The notes under the pieces are model-generated. The model was not told the DNA's origin. It worked only from the letters and a program-made list of their open reading frames with translations, and ran no database searches. This document shows positions 31,124-42,654 of a stretch of 64,000 nt of DNA, in pieces; the stretch's first letter is position 1; every line of letters starts with the position of its first letter. The position numbers and the translations under genes are program-made. The stretch is from an uncultured Nitrososphaeraceae archaeon (GTDB taxonomy: Archaea; Thermoproteota; Nitrososphaeria; Nitrososphaerales; Nitrososphaeraceae), in assembly GCA_963837175.1 (NCBI GenBank), contig CAWIMJ010000047.1, positions 1 to 64,000 of the forward strand. Direction: 5' to 3'.

Positions 31124-32248
31124 ATGGGCAGACTCCTGGGAAGGAAAAGCACGAGGATTTCAGATACTCCTTCCGAAAATACTCACCAAAAGGATTATGA
31201 CGAAAATCTAGAGTACCAGAAACGTGATTTATACAGGAAGGGGATAAATCATATGGCAAATGAAAAATTAGAAGATGCCATTCGCAGTTTTGAACTTGCG
31301 CTAAGAATAGATCAAAAATATGTAGATGCTTGGATCAAAAAAGGGTATGCTCATTTTCATTTGGATGAATATACGGCTGCTATTTCTTCGTATGATAAGG
31401 CACTTGAAATCGATGTTAACAATGCAGAAGCTTGGAATTTGAAAGGTTTAACATATTACCGAATGAAAGATTACGATAAGGCCATAGCGGCATGTGAAAA
31501 GGCGATAGATATTAATCCTAATGATGGAATGTCTTGGTATAATGAAGCATGCTATCATACTTTAAGTGGTAAGGTAGATGAAGGAATGGAAGCTTTAAAG
31601 CGTTCCATAGAAATAGATATTTCAAATGCTAAAAAAGCCGTCAGCGATAGAGACTTTGAAAATGCTAGAGCTGAAGAAGCTTTTCGCCGAATTATCGAGG
31701 TCGTAGTATTAGAATCTATCAGACAAGGATATGACTATATTGGAAAAATTGTATGGATAACAGGAATGGATAAAGCAGATGTAGAAGATGCAGTAACTCG
31801 ATTATCTATCAAAGGATTACTCATTAAAAAAGAAAAGAAATCATTTACAAGCAGGGAAGAATATTATGAACTTGCCAAAGAAATAGCTTATAAAGTTGGT
31901 ACTACAAAACGTTCAGGTCTACTCGGAAAAGGCAAAGAAATTTCTGCCCCAGTACAGCAATTGAAAGATATCATTGAAATTATTGACAGAGCGAAAGGCT
32001 CTATAGAAAAGGGAGATGTAAGTTCAACTCTCCAAGATTTTGATTATCTTATTAATCCCCTGAAGCATGGAAATGCCATGATAGAACAATTCTTTGAGGA
32101 GCATAGAGATCTTAGGCTCTTTCAGATAAGATTAAAAGATAAGGGGCAAGACTATCTTAATTCTCATAAATCTGACTTAATTAAATTATTGACTGAAATT
32201 GATTCAAAAATTCGGAATAGTCCAGTATCAAAGCCTATAAAAGATTGA
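31124..32248 (+). CDS. Tetratricopeptide repeat protein with C-terminal winged-helix-like region
   Basis: Several TPRs (AWIKKG..A..YDKAL; AWNLKG; WYNEAC). Confidence 0.82.
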   Translation: MGRLLGRKSTRISDTPSENTHQKDYDENLEYQKRDLYRKGINHMANEKLEDAIRSFELALRIDQKYVDAWIKKGYAHFHLDEYTAAISSYDKALEIDVNNAEAWNLKGLTYYRMKDYDKAIAACEKAIDINPNDGMSWYNEACYHTLSGKVDEGMEALKRSIEIDISNAKKAVSDRDFENARAEEAFRRIIEVVVLESIRQGYDYIGKIVWITGMDKADVEDAVTRLSIKGLLIKKEKKSFTSREEYYELAKEIAYKVGTTKRSGLLGKGKEISAPVQQLKDIIEIIDRAKGSIEKGDVSSTLQDFDYLINPLKHGNAMIEQFFEEHRDLRLFQIRLKDKGQDYLNSHKSDLIKLLTEIDSKIRNSPVSKPIKD

Positions 32249-32520
32249 ATATTAGTAACAGTGAGACAGTTACTATAATAAATTTGGAGCATTTCATACA
32301 TTATTATTATTAATACCTCTAAACAATTTACAAGCAGAAGAATTTTTGCGATAATCTTAACAGAATTATAAAATCTAAAGATATCATATCATTATACACA
32401 CATGGCGATACTGTGAATCGAAGATATGGCAATGCATCGAGTAAAATTATTTACTTGGTATAATAATCCAAAGGACCTTAACGGATAATGTATTAATAGT
32501 TATTGAGAAGAGATCCATAT

Positions 32521-33333
32521 ATGACAAAGATATTTGCCGACGTGAACGAGAAAGAAATTACTCGCGCCATCTCCGGGATGTTCAATGAGACTATGATGGA
32601 ATTTACAGACTCTGATGTAATAATCATTGGATCGGGACCTGCTGGTTTATCGGCAGGTAGAGAATTAGGGAAAATGGGCATAAAGACACTGATTGTTGAA
32701 CAGAATAATTACGTCGGTGGTGGTTATTGGGTCGGAGGATATATGATGAACCCTGTAACGGTTAGAGCGCCAGCCCAGAAGGTCTGGGATGAGCTTGGAG
32801 TTCCATATAGAAAGATAAATGAAGGACTTTATGCAACATGGGGACCACATGCATGCTCAAAACTCATAGCTGCTACCTGTGATTCGGGTGTTCGATTCCT
32901 GCAGTTAACAAAATTTGATGACTTGATCTTAAAAGAGAAGCGTGTATGCGGTGTGGTTATTAATTGGATGCCTGTATCCTCTCTTCCTAGAAATATTACT
33001 TGTGTAGATCCGGTTGCACTTGAGAGTAAAATCGTCATAGATGCTTCAGGTCACGATTCTGTTGCTGTAAAACGCTTAATGGATCGCGGTTATGTCAAGT
33101 GGAAAGGGATGGATCCTATGTGGGTAGAAGGAGGTGAAGATGCTGTAGTCAATAGTACCGACGAGATTTTTCCGGGTTTGATAGCAGCTGGTATGGCAGT
33201 CACAGAGACATACGGCTTGCCACGAATGGGGCCGACATTTGGTTCAATGTTGCTTTCTGGAAAGAGGGCCGCAGAAGTAGCATTCAGTAAACTTAAAGAG
33301 ATGCCTAGTTCTCCTAAACTAAAGATAAAGTAG
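32521..33333 (+). CDS. thi4: Thiazole synthase THI4 (Cys-type)
   Basis: GSGPAG, GGGYWVGG, TCVDP, DASGHD, PRMGPTFGSMLLSG. Confidence 0.93.
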   Translation: MTKIFADVNEKEITRAISGMFNETMMEFTDSDVIIIGSGPAGLSAGRELGKMGIKTLIVEQNNYVGGGYWVGGYMMNPVTVRAPAQKVWDELGVPYRKINEGLYATWGPHACSKLIAATCDSGVRFLQLTKFDDLILKEKRVCGVVINWMPVSSLPRNITCVDPVALESKIVIDASGHDSVAVKRLMDRGYVKWKGMDPMWVEGGEDAVVNSTDEIFPGLIAAGMAVTETYGLPRMGPTFGSMLLSGKRAAEVAFSKLKEMPSSPKLKIK

Positions 33334-33365
33334 TGTTCAAATTTGTAGACTCGCAATAAATAGTT

Positions 33366-34175
33366 TTGAATTTTCGATATATTCATCTTTATTCTGATTG
33401 TACTATGAGAAATTTGAATATGCATAGAGTCGCTAATGATATAGGAAAAATGTTTTCAAATTGTACAATAGACATAAGGATTCCTTTCCTACAATACATT
33501 AGAAATTTAATATCAGTTAATTGGTTGGCAGAAGAACTTGCGTCTATACATATCTCAGAGACAAAACAACCTTATCATCATCAACCTGAAAGAAGAAATA
33601 AACAAGATAGGAGTAGCGTACTTTTTGAAAAAAATTTGATTATCGATCCATATCCTACCGCCGTCTTGTACGATGGCTTTATAATGCAAAGTATATACTC
33701 AAGGTTGCTACCTGAAAATGAAAAAACGATAGATAATATACACGTAATATTCGATAGCAGATTGACCTGTACATTTAGTGAAGAGGACTACAGGTATCAT
33801 GCCCGAGCTATTATCTGTGGAACGCCATCTATCATATCTACCAGTGGTATAATCGAAGCTCCAGCAAAGCCTAGGGAATTCTATTTTAGACAAATTGGAT
33901 GGATGCCCAGTTCTGGTGATATAGAAGAACTGCAGAAGCAATTTGCTGGAAAATATATTGATTATGATGACGATAGAATAAACTCTGTTGCAACTGGATA
34001 TACTATACAAGCACTTTTTTTCTTCTTGACGGATGGAGATCCATTTTGTAGCGATGCTGGTTGTAGGATTTTTAACGCTCATTGGCAAGAGGATCTAATA
34101 AGGACACAAGTAAATAATCAGAGAATGTGTAAAAAGCATCTTCTTCTGTTAGATAGATTTCTAAATCGGAAGTGA
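33366..34175 (+). CDS. Conserved archaeal hypothetical protein, putative zincin-like metallopeptidase
   Basis: LYDGF, RLTCTF..DYRYHARA, GIIEAPAKPREFY, FC...CR.FNAHWQEDL..C..H; family assignment from recall. Confidence 0.6.
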   Translation: MNFRYIHLYSDCTMRNLNMHRVANDIGKMFSNCTIDIRIPFLQYIRNLISVNWLAEELASIHISETKQPYHHQPERRNKQDRSSVLFEKNLIIDPYPTAVLYDGFIMQSIYSRLLPENEKTIDNIHVIFDSRLTCTFSEEDYRYHARAIICGTPSIISTSGIIEAPAKPREFYFRQIGWMPSSGDIEELQKQFAGKYIDYDDDRINSVATGYTIQALFFFLTDGDPFCSDAGCRIFNAHWQEDLIRTQVNNQRMCKKHLLLLDRFLNRK

Positions 34176-34400
34176 CATAATTCTTCACTTGATAATGTAA
34201 AGCATTTGAAATTGAATGATATGCCAATATTTCTTGAGATTTAGTAATTGGTATCTAAATATTTTTATAAATCGTATCTACATTCAAAAATTTATAGACG
34301 TTATTTTTACGAAATAGAATAATTAGAGATAAAGCACATCTCTCAATTGATATCGAACAAATTATTAAATGGTGCAATGCTTTTTATCTCTTAATATTTA

Positions 34401-35375
34401 ATGTCTAACATAGCCGCGAAAGAACACGATTACCACGTAGATGGGAAAGAAGCGTTTGAAGTAATCATCATCGGTTCAGGACCTGCAGGTTATACAGCTG
34501 GAGTTTATACATCGCGTGCTAAACTTAGAACCCTTATAATTTCGGGTACCCTTCCTGGAGGACAGTTAATGACTACAAGTGAAGTAGAAAACTATCCTGG
34601 TTTTCCTAATGGCATATTTGGACCGGAGCTAATGATGAACATGAGACAACAAGCAGAAAGATTCGGTACCGTTATTGTGGATGATGAAGTCACTCGAGTT
34701 GATTTCAGTAAGCGGCCCTTTTTAGTAACCACGCACTCAGAAAATTATGAAGCAGACTCTATATTAATTTGCACTGGTGCTACCCCTCGGAAATTAGGGA
34801 TTGAAGGAGAACAACAATTCGCTGGTCGTGGGGTATCATATTGTGCTACTTGTGATGGTCCATTCTTCAAAGGCGAAGATATAGTAGTTGTAGGTGGAGG
34901 AGATACAGCATTAGAAGAGGCGACATTCTTGACCAAGTTCGGCAAATCTGTAAAAATAATTCACAGACGAGATTCATTGCGTGGAAGTAAGATTCTTCAA
35001 GAAAAGGCTTTGGAGAATCCAAAGATCCAATTTTTATGGAATAGTGTTGTGGCTGATATTAAAGGTGATAAGAAAATCGGAACGGTTGTTATTAATGATG
35101 TAAACAATGGGAAAGAACAAAAAATTCCGGCAGGAGGATTATTTGTTGCAATAGGTCATGAACCTAATACAGCTATATTTAGAGGTCAACTGGAGATGGA
35201 CGATAAAGGTTACATTATTTTAAAGAGCCAGACGAAGACAAGTGTAGAGGGTGTTTTTGCAGCGGGAGATGTACATGATTATAGATACCGTCAGGCAGTG
35301 ACCGCAGCTGGATTCGGCTGTATGGCCGCATTAGATGTGGAAAAATGGTTGACTGAAAGAAGGCGTAAGAATTAG
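34401..35375 (+). CDS. trxB: Thioredoxin-disulfide reductase
   Basis: GSGPAG, VENYPGF, CATCD, GGGDTA, FAAGDV, RQAVTAAG. Confidence 0.96.
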   Translation: MSNIAAKEHDYHVDGKEAFEVIIIGSGPAGYTAGVYTSRAKLRTLIISGTLPGGQLMTTSEVENYPGFPNGIFGPELMMNMRQQAERFGTVIVDDEVTRVDFSKRPFLVTTHSENYEADSILICTGATPRKLGIEGEQQFAGRGVSYCATCDGPFFKGEDIVVVGGGDTALEEATFLTKFGKSVKIIHRRDSLRGSKILQEKALENPKIQFLWNSVVADIKGDKKIGTVVINDVNNGKEQKIPAGGLFVAIGHEPNTAIFRGQLEMDDKGYIILKSQTKTSVEGVFAAGDVHDYRYRQAVTAAGFGCMAALDVEKWLTERRRKN

Positions 35376-35397
35376 ACACAATTGTTATATGCATAGC

Positions 35398-36399
35398 TCA
35401 CTGTATATATGTAACATTGGAAATATTCTTTGCATTTATAAGAGCATTATCATATTCTTCTTTACGGAAGATACTTTCTTCTAAATAAAGACTTCTAAAT
35501 TTCCTTCCATCATCTGCAAATATCCCTACAAGAAGACCATTATCTAGTTTTTCAGCAGCTCTTAACATAGACGATAAGACAGATCCGGAAGAAGGACCTA
35601 CTAGTAAGCCCTCTCTTGTTACCAATTGCTTAACCATATTAAAGGAATCAATATTAGTGGCAGTCATCCATTCATCAACAACCTTTTCGCGACGCTTAAA
35701 CAGATCTGGCATTGAAGATTCTTCAAAATTTCTCAGACCTTGTAAGAGATGGTTCTTTTGAGCTTGGATTGCAACTACTCTGATATTCGGATTCTTTTCC
35801 TTAAGAAAAGTTGCGGCTCCTGTAATAGTCCCACCTGTACCACAACCGCTAAAGAAATGAGTTATATTACCATTAGTTTGCTCCCAAATCTCCGGACCAG
35901 TACTTTCATAATGAGCCAAATAATTAGCATCATTTTCATACTGGTTTGGCATATAATAGATATCAGGTCTAGGTTTTGATATTGCCTTCGCGAGAGCAAT
36001 ACTTTGATCTGTCCCTGCTCCTACTCTTGGGCATAGATCGTCAGATGTCTCATGAAGAATTGCTCCTAATTGTCTCAAGATTGTTTTCGTTTCTTTGCTT
36101 ACTTTCTCGGGAATAACAATTTCAACCTTATATCCTAATGATGCTGCAATACCAGTTAAAGCAATACCTGTATTTCCAGAAGTGGGCTCGATTATAATGC
36201 TTTTATCTTTCTTTAATATACCTTTTTTTTCTGCATCCTTTATCATCCAATAAGCAGCCCTGTCTTTGACGGAGCCAAAGGGATTAGACCATTCTAATTT
36301 TGCATAAAATTTAATATGTTTTGTTGAGAAGGAGCTAAGTTCTATTAAAGGAGTCCGACCAACATGGTCAATTACTTTGGGTCGAGCAACAGTTGTCAA
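35398..36399 (-). CDS. PLP-dependent cysteine synthase family protein (CysK/CysM-like)
   Basis: GRTPL, NPFGSVKDR, EPTSGNTG, NQYEN, GCGTGGT, GPSSG; TTG start at 36399 directly after tusA stop. Confidence 0.88.
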   Translation of the reverse strand: MTTVARPKVIDHVGRTPLIELSSFSTKHIKFYAKLEWSNPFGSVKDRAAYWMIKDAEKKGILKKDKSIIIEPTSGNTGIALTGIAASLGYKVEIVIPEKVSKETKTILRQLGAILHETSDDLCPRVGAGTDQSIALAKAISKPRPDIYYMPNQYENDANYLAHYESTGPEIWEQTNGNITHFFSGCGTGGTITGAATFLKEKNPNIRVVAIQAQKNHLLQGLRNFEESSMPDLFKRREKVVDEWMTATNIDSFNMVKQLVTREGLLVGPSSGSVLSSMLRAAEKLDNGLLVGIFADDGRKFRSLYLEESIFRKEEYDNALINAKNISNVTYIQ

Positions 36400-36400
36400 T

Positions 36401-36649
36401 CTACTTTGCCTTCTTAATTGTGAATTCAAGATCCTTTGTAACCTTGTTTATTGATAAAAGTTCATGACCGTTTCTTTTTACCCACCTTGAAATATCTTCC
36501 TCAGATTCTGGATCATCAGATAAGATTTTAAGTATATCGCCTCTTGCCAGTTTTTCCATCTCTATCTTAGTACGAAATACTGGTTCAGGACAAAAAAGCC
36601 CTCTAACATCAATAGTTTTAGTTGTAGATTCGCTACTTTTAGTACTCAT
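36401..36649 (-). CDS. tusA: TusA/SirA family sulfur carrier protein
   Basis: IDVRGLFCPEP (CPxP), SDDPESEEDI. Confidence 0.88.
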   Translation of the reverse strand: MSTKSSESTTKTIDVRGLFCPEPVFRTKIEMEKLARGDILKILSDDPESEEDISRWVKRNGHELLSINKVTKDLEFTIKKAK

Positions 36650-37104
36650 ACTAACGAACAGAATATATGATTACGTCATAATATTAAATGTTTATGGATG
36701 CCATGGATGAAGGAATTTATGGTACAAATAATGTACTAATAAATTATTAATAATTTATCAAGTATGGTTTGTTTTTTATCATTGAATTGTTGATCTCATT
36801 TTGTTGCGCATCAAACACAAATCTTCAAAGTGTAAAAAGTAGATCTTTTTATCCGAAATAATATCAAGATATTCATATTAAAATCTTTTCTAATAATCTC
36901 TTAGAAAAAGGTCTTATTTCTTGATATTATTTTTTAATACTAGCGAAAAAAATGCAACTATAATTTACGTGACTATGACTATTAATCCCTTGTAGTCCTG
37001 ATGTATTTTAGAATTACGATATCTAATTTATAACTATACTGACAAATTGAATATTCAGAGTGACTAACGGCAACTTATAATGTCGCATTCCTTTCAATTT
37101 CTTA

Positions 37105-37872
37105 TTAGCGAAATAGGTCATTTTCTTTTTTCCTCAATAGAGGCGAAATGGAGCATTTATCGTCTTCATCATAAATACAACCCCTTACTATGGCCACCGG
37201 GATCCGATCTGATTTACCCATTACAAGCTCTGCAGCAGATGCTATTTCGTCTGCTATCGCAATTTCAGTCACCTTCAATTTCCTTCCATACATATCAAGA
37301 GTGCCCACATAGCTTTTTATCGGTTTTATTCCTGCTATACCTATTGCAACATTTGTTTGTCCCTCTCTAAACGGCCTACCGAAGGTATCTGTTATTACTA
37401 TGGCTACTTTTTTTGTAGTTCGCTCTTTAATAGAATGTCTTAATTTCCTTGCAGATTTATCAGCATCAATTGGTAATAAAACCACATAATTTTTGCTGTC
37501 TTTAACATTGCTCTGATCAACTCCTGCATTTGCACAGACAAATCCCTGTCTTGTTTCTGCTATTATTATTCCTCTTTTTTCTCTTATTATCTCTTTTGAT
37601 TCACTCAGAATCATTTCAATAATTCTTGCATCTTTGTAGTGTTTTCTTGCTATCTCGATAGATTTATCTGATGGGTTGATCAGATTTAGGTTCACTATAC
37701 GACCTTCAGCTTTTGAAATAATTTTTTGGGCAATAACTATGATATCTTTGTCATATAGACTCTCATGTGCTTGAGATATAGATTCTAAAATTATCAATTC
37801 TAGTTTATCCTTAGGTTTTATCTCTGCGGAAATATGAATTGGAATAACTTCTAATTTGATATTAACCATCAA
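37105..37872 (-). CDS. cofE: Coenzyme F420-0:L-glutamate ligase
   Basis: QKIISKAEGR, CANAGVDQSN, DTFGRPFREG, ADEIASAA, DLFR. Confidence 0.93.
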   Translation of the reverse strand: MMVNIKLEVIPIHISAEIKPKDKLELIILESISQAHESLYDKDIIVIAQKIISKAEGRIVNLNLINPSDKSIEIARKHYKDARIIEMILSESKEIIREKRGIIIAETRQGFVCANAGVDQSNVKDSKNYVVLLPIDADKSARKLRHSIKERTTKKVAIVITDTFGRPFREGQTNVAIGIAGIKPIKSYVGTLDMYGRKLKVTEIAIADEIASAAELVMGKSDRIPVAIVRGCIYDEDDKCSISPLLRKKENDLFR

Positions 37873-37910
37873 AGGAACGTAAACGGTGTTGATATAAAAA
37901 AATTAATTAA

Positions 37911-38571
37911 TTACCTACTACTTCTCTCTGCAAGAACTGCTCTTCCGAATTTCTTTTCTAGCAAGTTAAGTAATAACGTTAGATCACGTATTTCGATAAC
38001 TGCATCTGACTTTTCTTTAACCTTGTCTACCGGGCAGAATCCTACCGTAAATTCCGCCAGGGAAAACAACTTTAGATCATTTGCACCATCTACTACTACT
38101 ACTGTATCTTCCTTTTTAATACCCCATTCCTTTATTGTTGGTAATACTACGGCTCGCTTTGTCTGATGTAACTTGCATGTTTATACCTTCAAGCTTGCCA
38201 TTCGTAAATATTAATTCGTTTGAAAATATTTTATCTAGTCCAAGATAGTCTTTTAATCTATTAGTTATGATGGTAAATCCTCCAGAAACAGCAATCATTT
38301 TCCACCCAGCTTTTTTTAGAGAAGAACAAAGCTCTTTGGCTCCAGGCATTATTTCTAAATTCTCACCTATTCTTTTAGCATCCTCAAAAGCAATTCCATT
38401 GAGGGCCTTGACACGTTGAACAAGACCTTCTTCCCACTTTATCTCTCCACGAATACCTTGTTTTGTGATATCCCATATTTGCTTCTCCTTCTCAGGACCT
38501 ATCATTTGCGCTAAAACTGGAAGGTATTCAGCATTAAGCAGGACACCCTCTACATCAAAAATTATTAGCAT
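37911..38571 (-). CDS. serB: Phosphoserine phosphatase (HAD); 1-nt insertion near 38155
   Basis: IFDVEGVL, VSGGF; shifted frame continues AVVLPTIKEWG..VVDGANDL..to TAA at 37911. Confidence 0.85.
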
Positions 38572-39243
38572 TGTAGTGTGCTTACTCAAGCATTCCTGCC
38601 AACATATATTAAGCTTATCCATTTTATGATTAGAAATTATATCTAATATTATTAGATGGATTGACTATAAACTTAAATTACTAGATGGGTTCTACTACGC
38701 GTCTGCAAAATAAATTTCTACCCATTTTGGAATTTTTGATTGCTTTGCCTTTCTCAGTTGAGCGTCTGATTGAATCAATCTAGGTGTTATTTGATGTTAA
38801 AAGACACTAATGCTTCAAATCCATTCTGAGGCTGATACCAGCTTTTTACGTTAAAGAAATATTAAAAGCTAACATTGTCATTAAATTGTCACTTTACTAA
38901 TTTTTATATTAACTATGAATTAAATTTATCATCATATCAAAACGGCATTAAGAAAAGTATGCTGTATTGTCTCCTTTAGCTGTTGCAAGATATTTATGAA
39001 TATGATTATTTTCCAAAAGGCTCAAAATTAATGGATTGTCAGAAAATATATATTACAAAATTATCCTTTTCATTCCTTATTAGTTTACTGGAATAGTTCA
39101 GGCCAGAGAAAATGAAGAGCTAATTCGTTTTGATCGACTATTGACCTGTAATAAAACGAAATTTGTATTGATCCAGGAAGGCAATACAATAGGTGTTAGT
39201 CATCAGGAACGATCTTATATAACTATTGTTTTTTTTATTATCT

Positions 39244-39531
39244 ATGAGTGAAGGCTTGGAAACTAAATATTTAGTACCTGTCAAAGCAGTCGAGAAATCC
39301 ATTAAATTAACTGATGAAGCGAAAGCAGAATTGCAAAGCATTGGTATGATGGACGATAAAGGCAAACTTAAGCTAAAGGGAGTTAGTCCTAAGATGATTA
39401 AACGTATGAAATTAGAAGCTGTAGATTGTCCTGTTCTAAACAAAGAAATAGGATTTATTCAATGTTATGTTTGCAAGAACTTCCATAGTAGAATTTCAGG
39501 AAAAGTCTATTGCAAAGGAGAGCCATTTTAA
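39244..39531 (+). CDS. Conserved hypothetical protein with Cys motif
   Basis: ATG at 39244; VDCP, CYVC, VYC; directly upstream of proS. Confidence 0.7.
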   Translation: MSEGLETKYLVPVKAVEKSIKLTDEAKAELQSIGMMDDKGKLKLKGVSPKMIKRMKLEAVDCPVLNKEIGFIQCYVCKNFHSRISGKVYCKGEPF

Positions 39532-39573
39532 ATCACCAAAACTTCATAAAGCCAAAGCTTCTGCCTCTGAATA

Positions 39574-41028
39574 TTGAATTCCGTGAAGGAGATTGGAATT
39601 ACAGTTAAAAAAAATGAAAATTTCAGTGAATGGTATTTGCAGGTGGTACTAAAAACTGGCCTTGCTGACTATGCTCCCGTAAAAGGTTTCATCGTTCTTC
39701 CTCCATATGGTTACGCTATATGGGAATCTATTAAAGATATTTTAGACAGAAAATTCAAGGAAACAGGACATCAGAATGGTTTTCTGCCTGTTTTAATACC
39801 AGAGAGTCTTCTAGTGAGAGAAGAAGATCACTTTGCTGGATTTACACCAGAAGTGTTTTGGGTAACGAAAGCCGGAGAAAATATCCTGTCAGAAAAGCTT
39901 GCTTTGCGCCCTACATCAGAAACCCTTGCATACTCAGTATTTGCAAAGTGGGTGGCGAGCTACAGAGATCTCCCTTTAAAAATTAATTATTGGAATACCG
40001 CATTACGCTCAGAAATAAAAGGAACAAAACCTTTCGTTAGGACTTCAGAGTTTCTATGGCAAGAAGGACACACAGTTCATGCTACTAGCAAAGAAGCCGA
40101 AGAAGAAGTTATGTCAATTTTAATGATTTATAATGATTTGATTCAAAATCATTTGGCCATCCCAACTCTAACCGGACTAAAAAGTGAGAAAGAAAAATTT
40201 GTAGGTGCAGAATATACTGCAACCTTAGAAGCAATGATGTCTGATGGCAAGGCATTACAATTGGGTACCTCTCATTATTTAGGACAAAGATTCTCTAAAC
40301 CTTTTGAAATAAGATATCTTGGAAAGGATTCAAAGGACCATTTTGCTTGGCAGACATCTTGGGGAGTATCTTGGCGGCTTATTGGTGCGTTGATAATGGT
40401 TCACGGCGACGATAAAGGTCTTATTATTCCTCCTAAGGTAGCACCTATTCAAGTGATCATAATCCCAATTTATAAAGATAAGGATAAAGAGATGGTAAAA
40501 TCGTCTGCCGATGAACTGCTTGTTGAATTAAAAAAATCAGGAATTCGAGCACATCTTGATAAAAGAGATGAATATACTGCTGGATGGAAATTCAATGAAT
40601 GGGAAATAAAAGGAGTGCCTCTCCGTATAAATATTGGTCTTAGGGATATCGAAAATCATAAAGTGGAGCTTGTAAGACGTGATATCAAGGAAAAAATCCT
40701 AGTAGATCGAGTACAATTAATTGAAAATGTGCTCTCTCTTTTAGATGAAATTCAAAACAATTTGCTAAATAGAGCAAAGAAACTTCTGGAAGATAATATT
40801 ACCAAAGCGACAAGTTATGATATATTAAAATCGACAGTTCAAAATAAAGGTGGGTTTGTTCTCTGTGGCTGGTGCGCTAATAGACATTGTGAGGATAAAA
40901 TAAAGGAAGAGACAGGGGCTGATATTCGAGTGATTCCATTTACAGGACAGGAAGAATCTCGTTCAGCAATTTGTATATATTGCCATCAGCCTGCAAAAAA
41001 AATTGCAATATTTGCTAGGTCTTATTAG
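39574..41028 (+). CDS. proS: Proline--tRNA ligase (archaeal/eukaryotic type)
   Basis: FSEWY, LRPTSET, EFLWQEGHT, QTSWGVSWR, HGDDKGL, C-terminal ARSY. Confidence 0.96.
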   Translation: MNSVKEIGITVKKNENFSEWYLQVVLKTGLADYAPVKGFIVLPPYGYAIWESIKDILDRKFKETGHQNGFLPVLIPESLLVREEDHFAGFTPEVFWVTKAGENILSEKLALRPTSETLAYSVFAKWVASYRDLPLKINYWNTALRSEIKGTKPFVRTSEFLWQEGHTVHATSKEAEEEVMSILMIYNDLIQNHLAIPTLTGLKSEKEKFVGAEYTATLEAMMSDGKALQLGTSHYLGQRFSKPFEIRYLGKDSKDHFAWQTSWGVSWRLIGALIMVHGDDKGLIIPPKVAPIQVIIIPIYKDKDKEMVKSSADELLVELKKSGIRAHLDKRDEYTAGWKFNEWEIKGVPLRINIGLRDIENHKVELVRRDIKEKILVDRVQLIENVLSLLDEIQNNLLNRAKKLLEDNITKATSYDILKSTVQNKGGFVLCGWCANRHCEDKIKEETGADIRVIPFTGQEESRSAICIYCHQPAKKIAIFARSY

Positions 41029-42014
41029 TAAGTTATACACCTATGACAATACCAGTGGTAGCTTTGCAAATCATTATTCGTGAGGTTCTGTCCTAGAATT
41101 ATACTATTGAAATCCAGTTTTATAGTGAAAGTGTATTAAATCGTGGGCGAGACCGTTAATGATAAAGAAATAGGGGAATTCATTATAAAAAATCAGAATA
41201 AATCATTACGAACTGATGTCACTTTTATTAGTAAGGCAATAAGATTCTGATTAATGTTCTCTTAGAGATTATCTGATACCCTATTAAGATTTCAGATATG
41301 ACTACTATAAAGACAAGAATTAGTTTTACCCGTCGTCGGGCAGGCCTTTGACCTTATGCCGTATCTCTTGAGTTTGAATTATCTGTCAGCTAACGACATA
41401 TTAATTGATTTTTTAACACTTTTTATACTCTGCGTTTAATCCGCTTTCGAGATGATAATTGTTATTCTCGATCCAAATGTAATTTACCTAATCTAACAAT
41501 TGAATAAACCCAACAAATGCTGTCAAGAGATAACAAAAAGGTTGATACATATTTGAAAATATTTTGACTATTCGAAAGACTCTTTCTTCTTTATATATAA
41601 TATCATTTTAGTATGGATATGGTAGAAGGAGAAATTGAGCCCAGATATCTTTTTTTCGCTGACGTTCAAACCTGATAGAGATATTATACATCAAGAGAAC
41701 TTTTGCTTGGATTGCGTTGTATAGACCTATATTCATTTTGATGGTCAAATTAAAAACGATGGAAATGTAGAAAGTATTAACAATGAAAGATGAGTTAACT
41801 TGTATTATTACCTATATTATTATTGCGCCAATATGACTATAGATGACGATAAACAAATTCATAACTCATAAATAAACCAAGATAACTATTCAGGTCATGT
41901 CAATCTGGTCAAATTCAAATTCATCTGTATGCTTTTTTATAATTAACTCAGATGTACATATGACTCTGCAGACTAACAACTAGACATAACAGCATATCTA
42001 TTGAGGTATTCTGG

Positions 42015-42654
42015 TTGGTCAATATAGAGGAACTCTTTGCATTTTATGCTGAATTTGGATACATAGGTATACTACTAATAAGTTTCGTTGGAAGCGTCAT
42101 CGTTTTCATTCCAATCCCTTATTTTCCTGTACTTGTCACAGCGAGCATTAAACAAACAATTAGATCCTCACTTATTAGCTCTTTCTAGTGCAATAGGAGC
42201 GGTCATAGCAAAAATGATAATTTTCTACGTTAGTTATTATGGCCGAAACATTCTGAGTACCAAGACGAAGAGGAGAATTCTTCCGCTTCAAAGGCTGCTC
42301 AGTAAGTATGGTGGTCCAGGAGCTTTTATTGCCGCTCTTACTCCTATACCAGATGATCTAATTTATATTCCCCTTGGACTTTCAAAGTATAACCCTTGGA
42401 AATTCGCAATTGCAACATTTCTTGGAAAATTTCTTCTGAATGAAATAATTGTATTAGGAGCAGTTTTTCTAGGAAGACCATTCATTGAAAGTCTCGGCAC
42501 TAATTCTATCGATCCAGTATATTTGGTTATTGGAGCCATTACGAGTTGTATAGTATTGGGAATAATATTATATCTATATTTAAAAATTGATTGGGCAAAG
42601 ATAATTGGAAAATGGTTTCCCTGGACACTTCAAGATGATCGTGATGAAAAATAA
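42015..42654 (+). CDS. VTT/DedA (SNARE-associated) membrane protein; 1-nt insertion near 42143
   Basis: TTG 42015 frame gives FGYIGILLISFVGSVIVFIPIPY; joins ORF with ALTPIPDDLIYIPLG, GKF. Confidence 0.8.

Noticed and set aside
41590-41800. Broken frame MDMVEGEIEPRYLFFADVQT.. after a TATA-like box
   Set aside because: Multiple stops and no recognisable family; cannot be supported as a gene or pseudogene without a search
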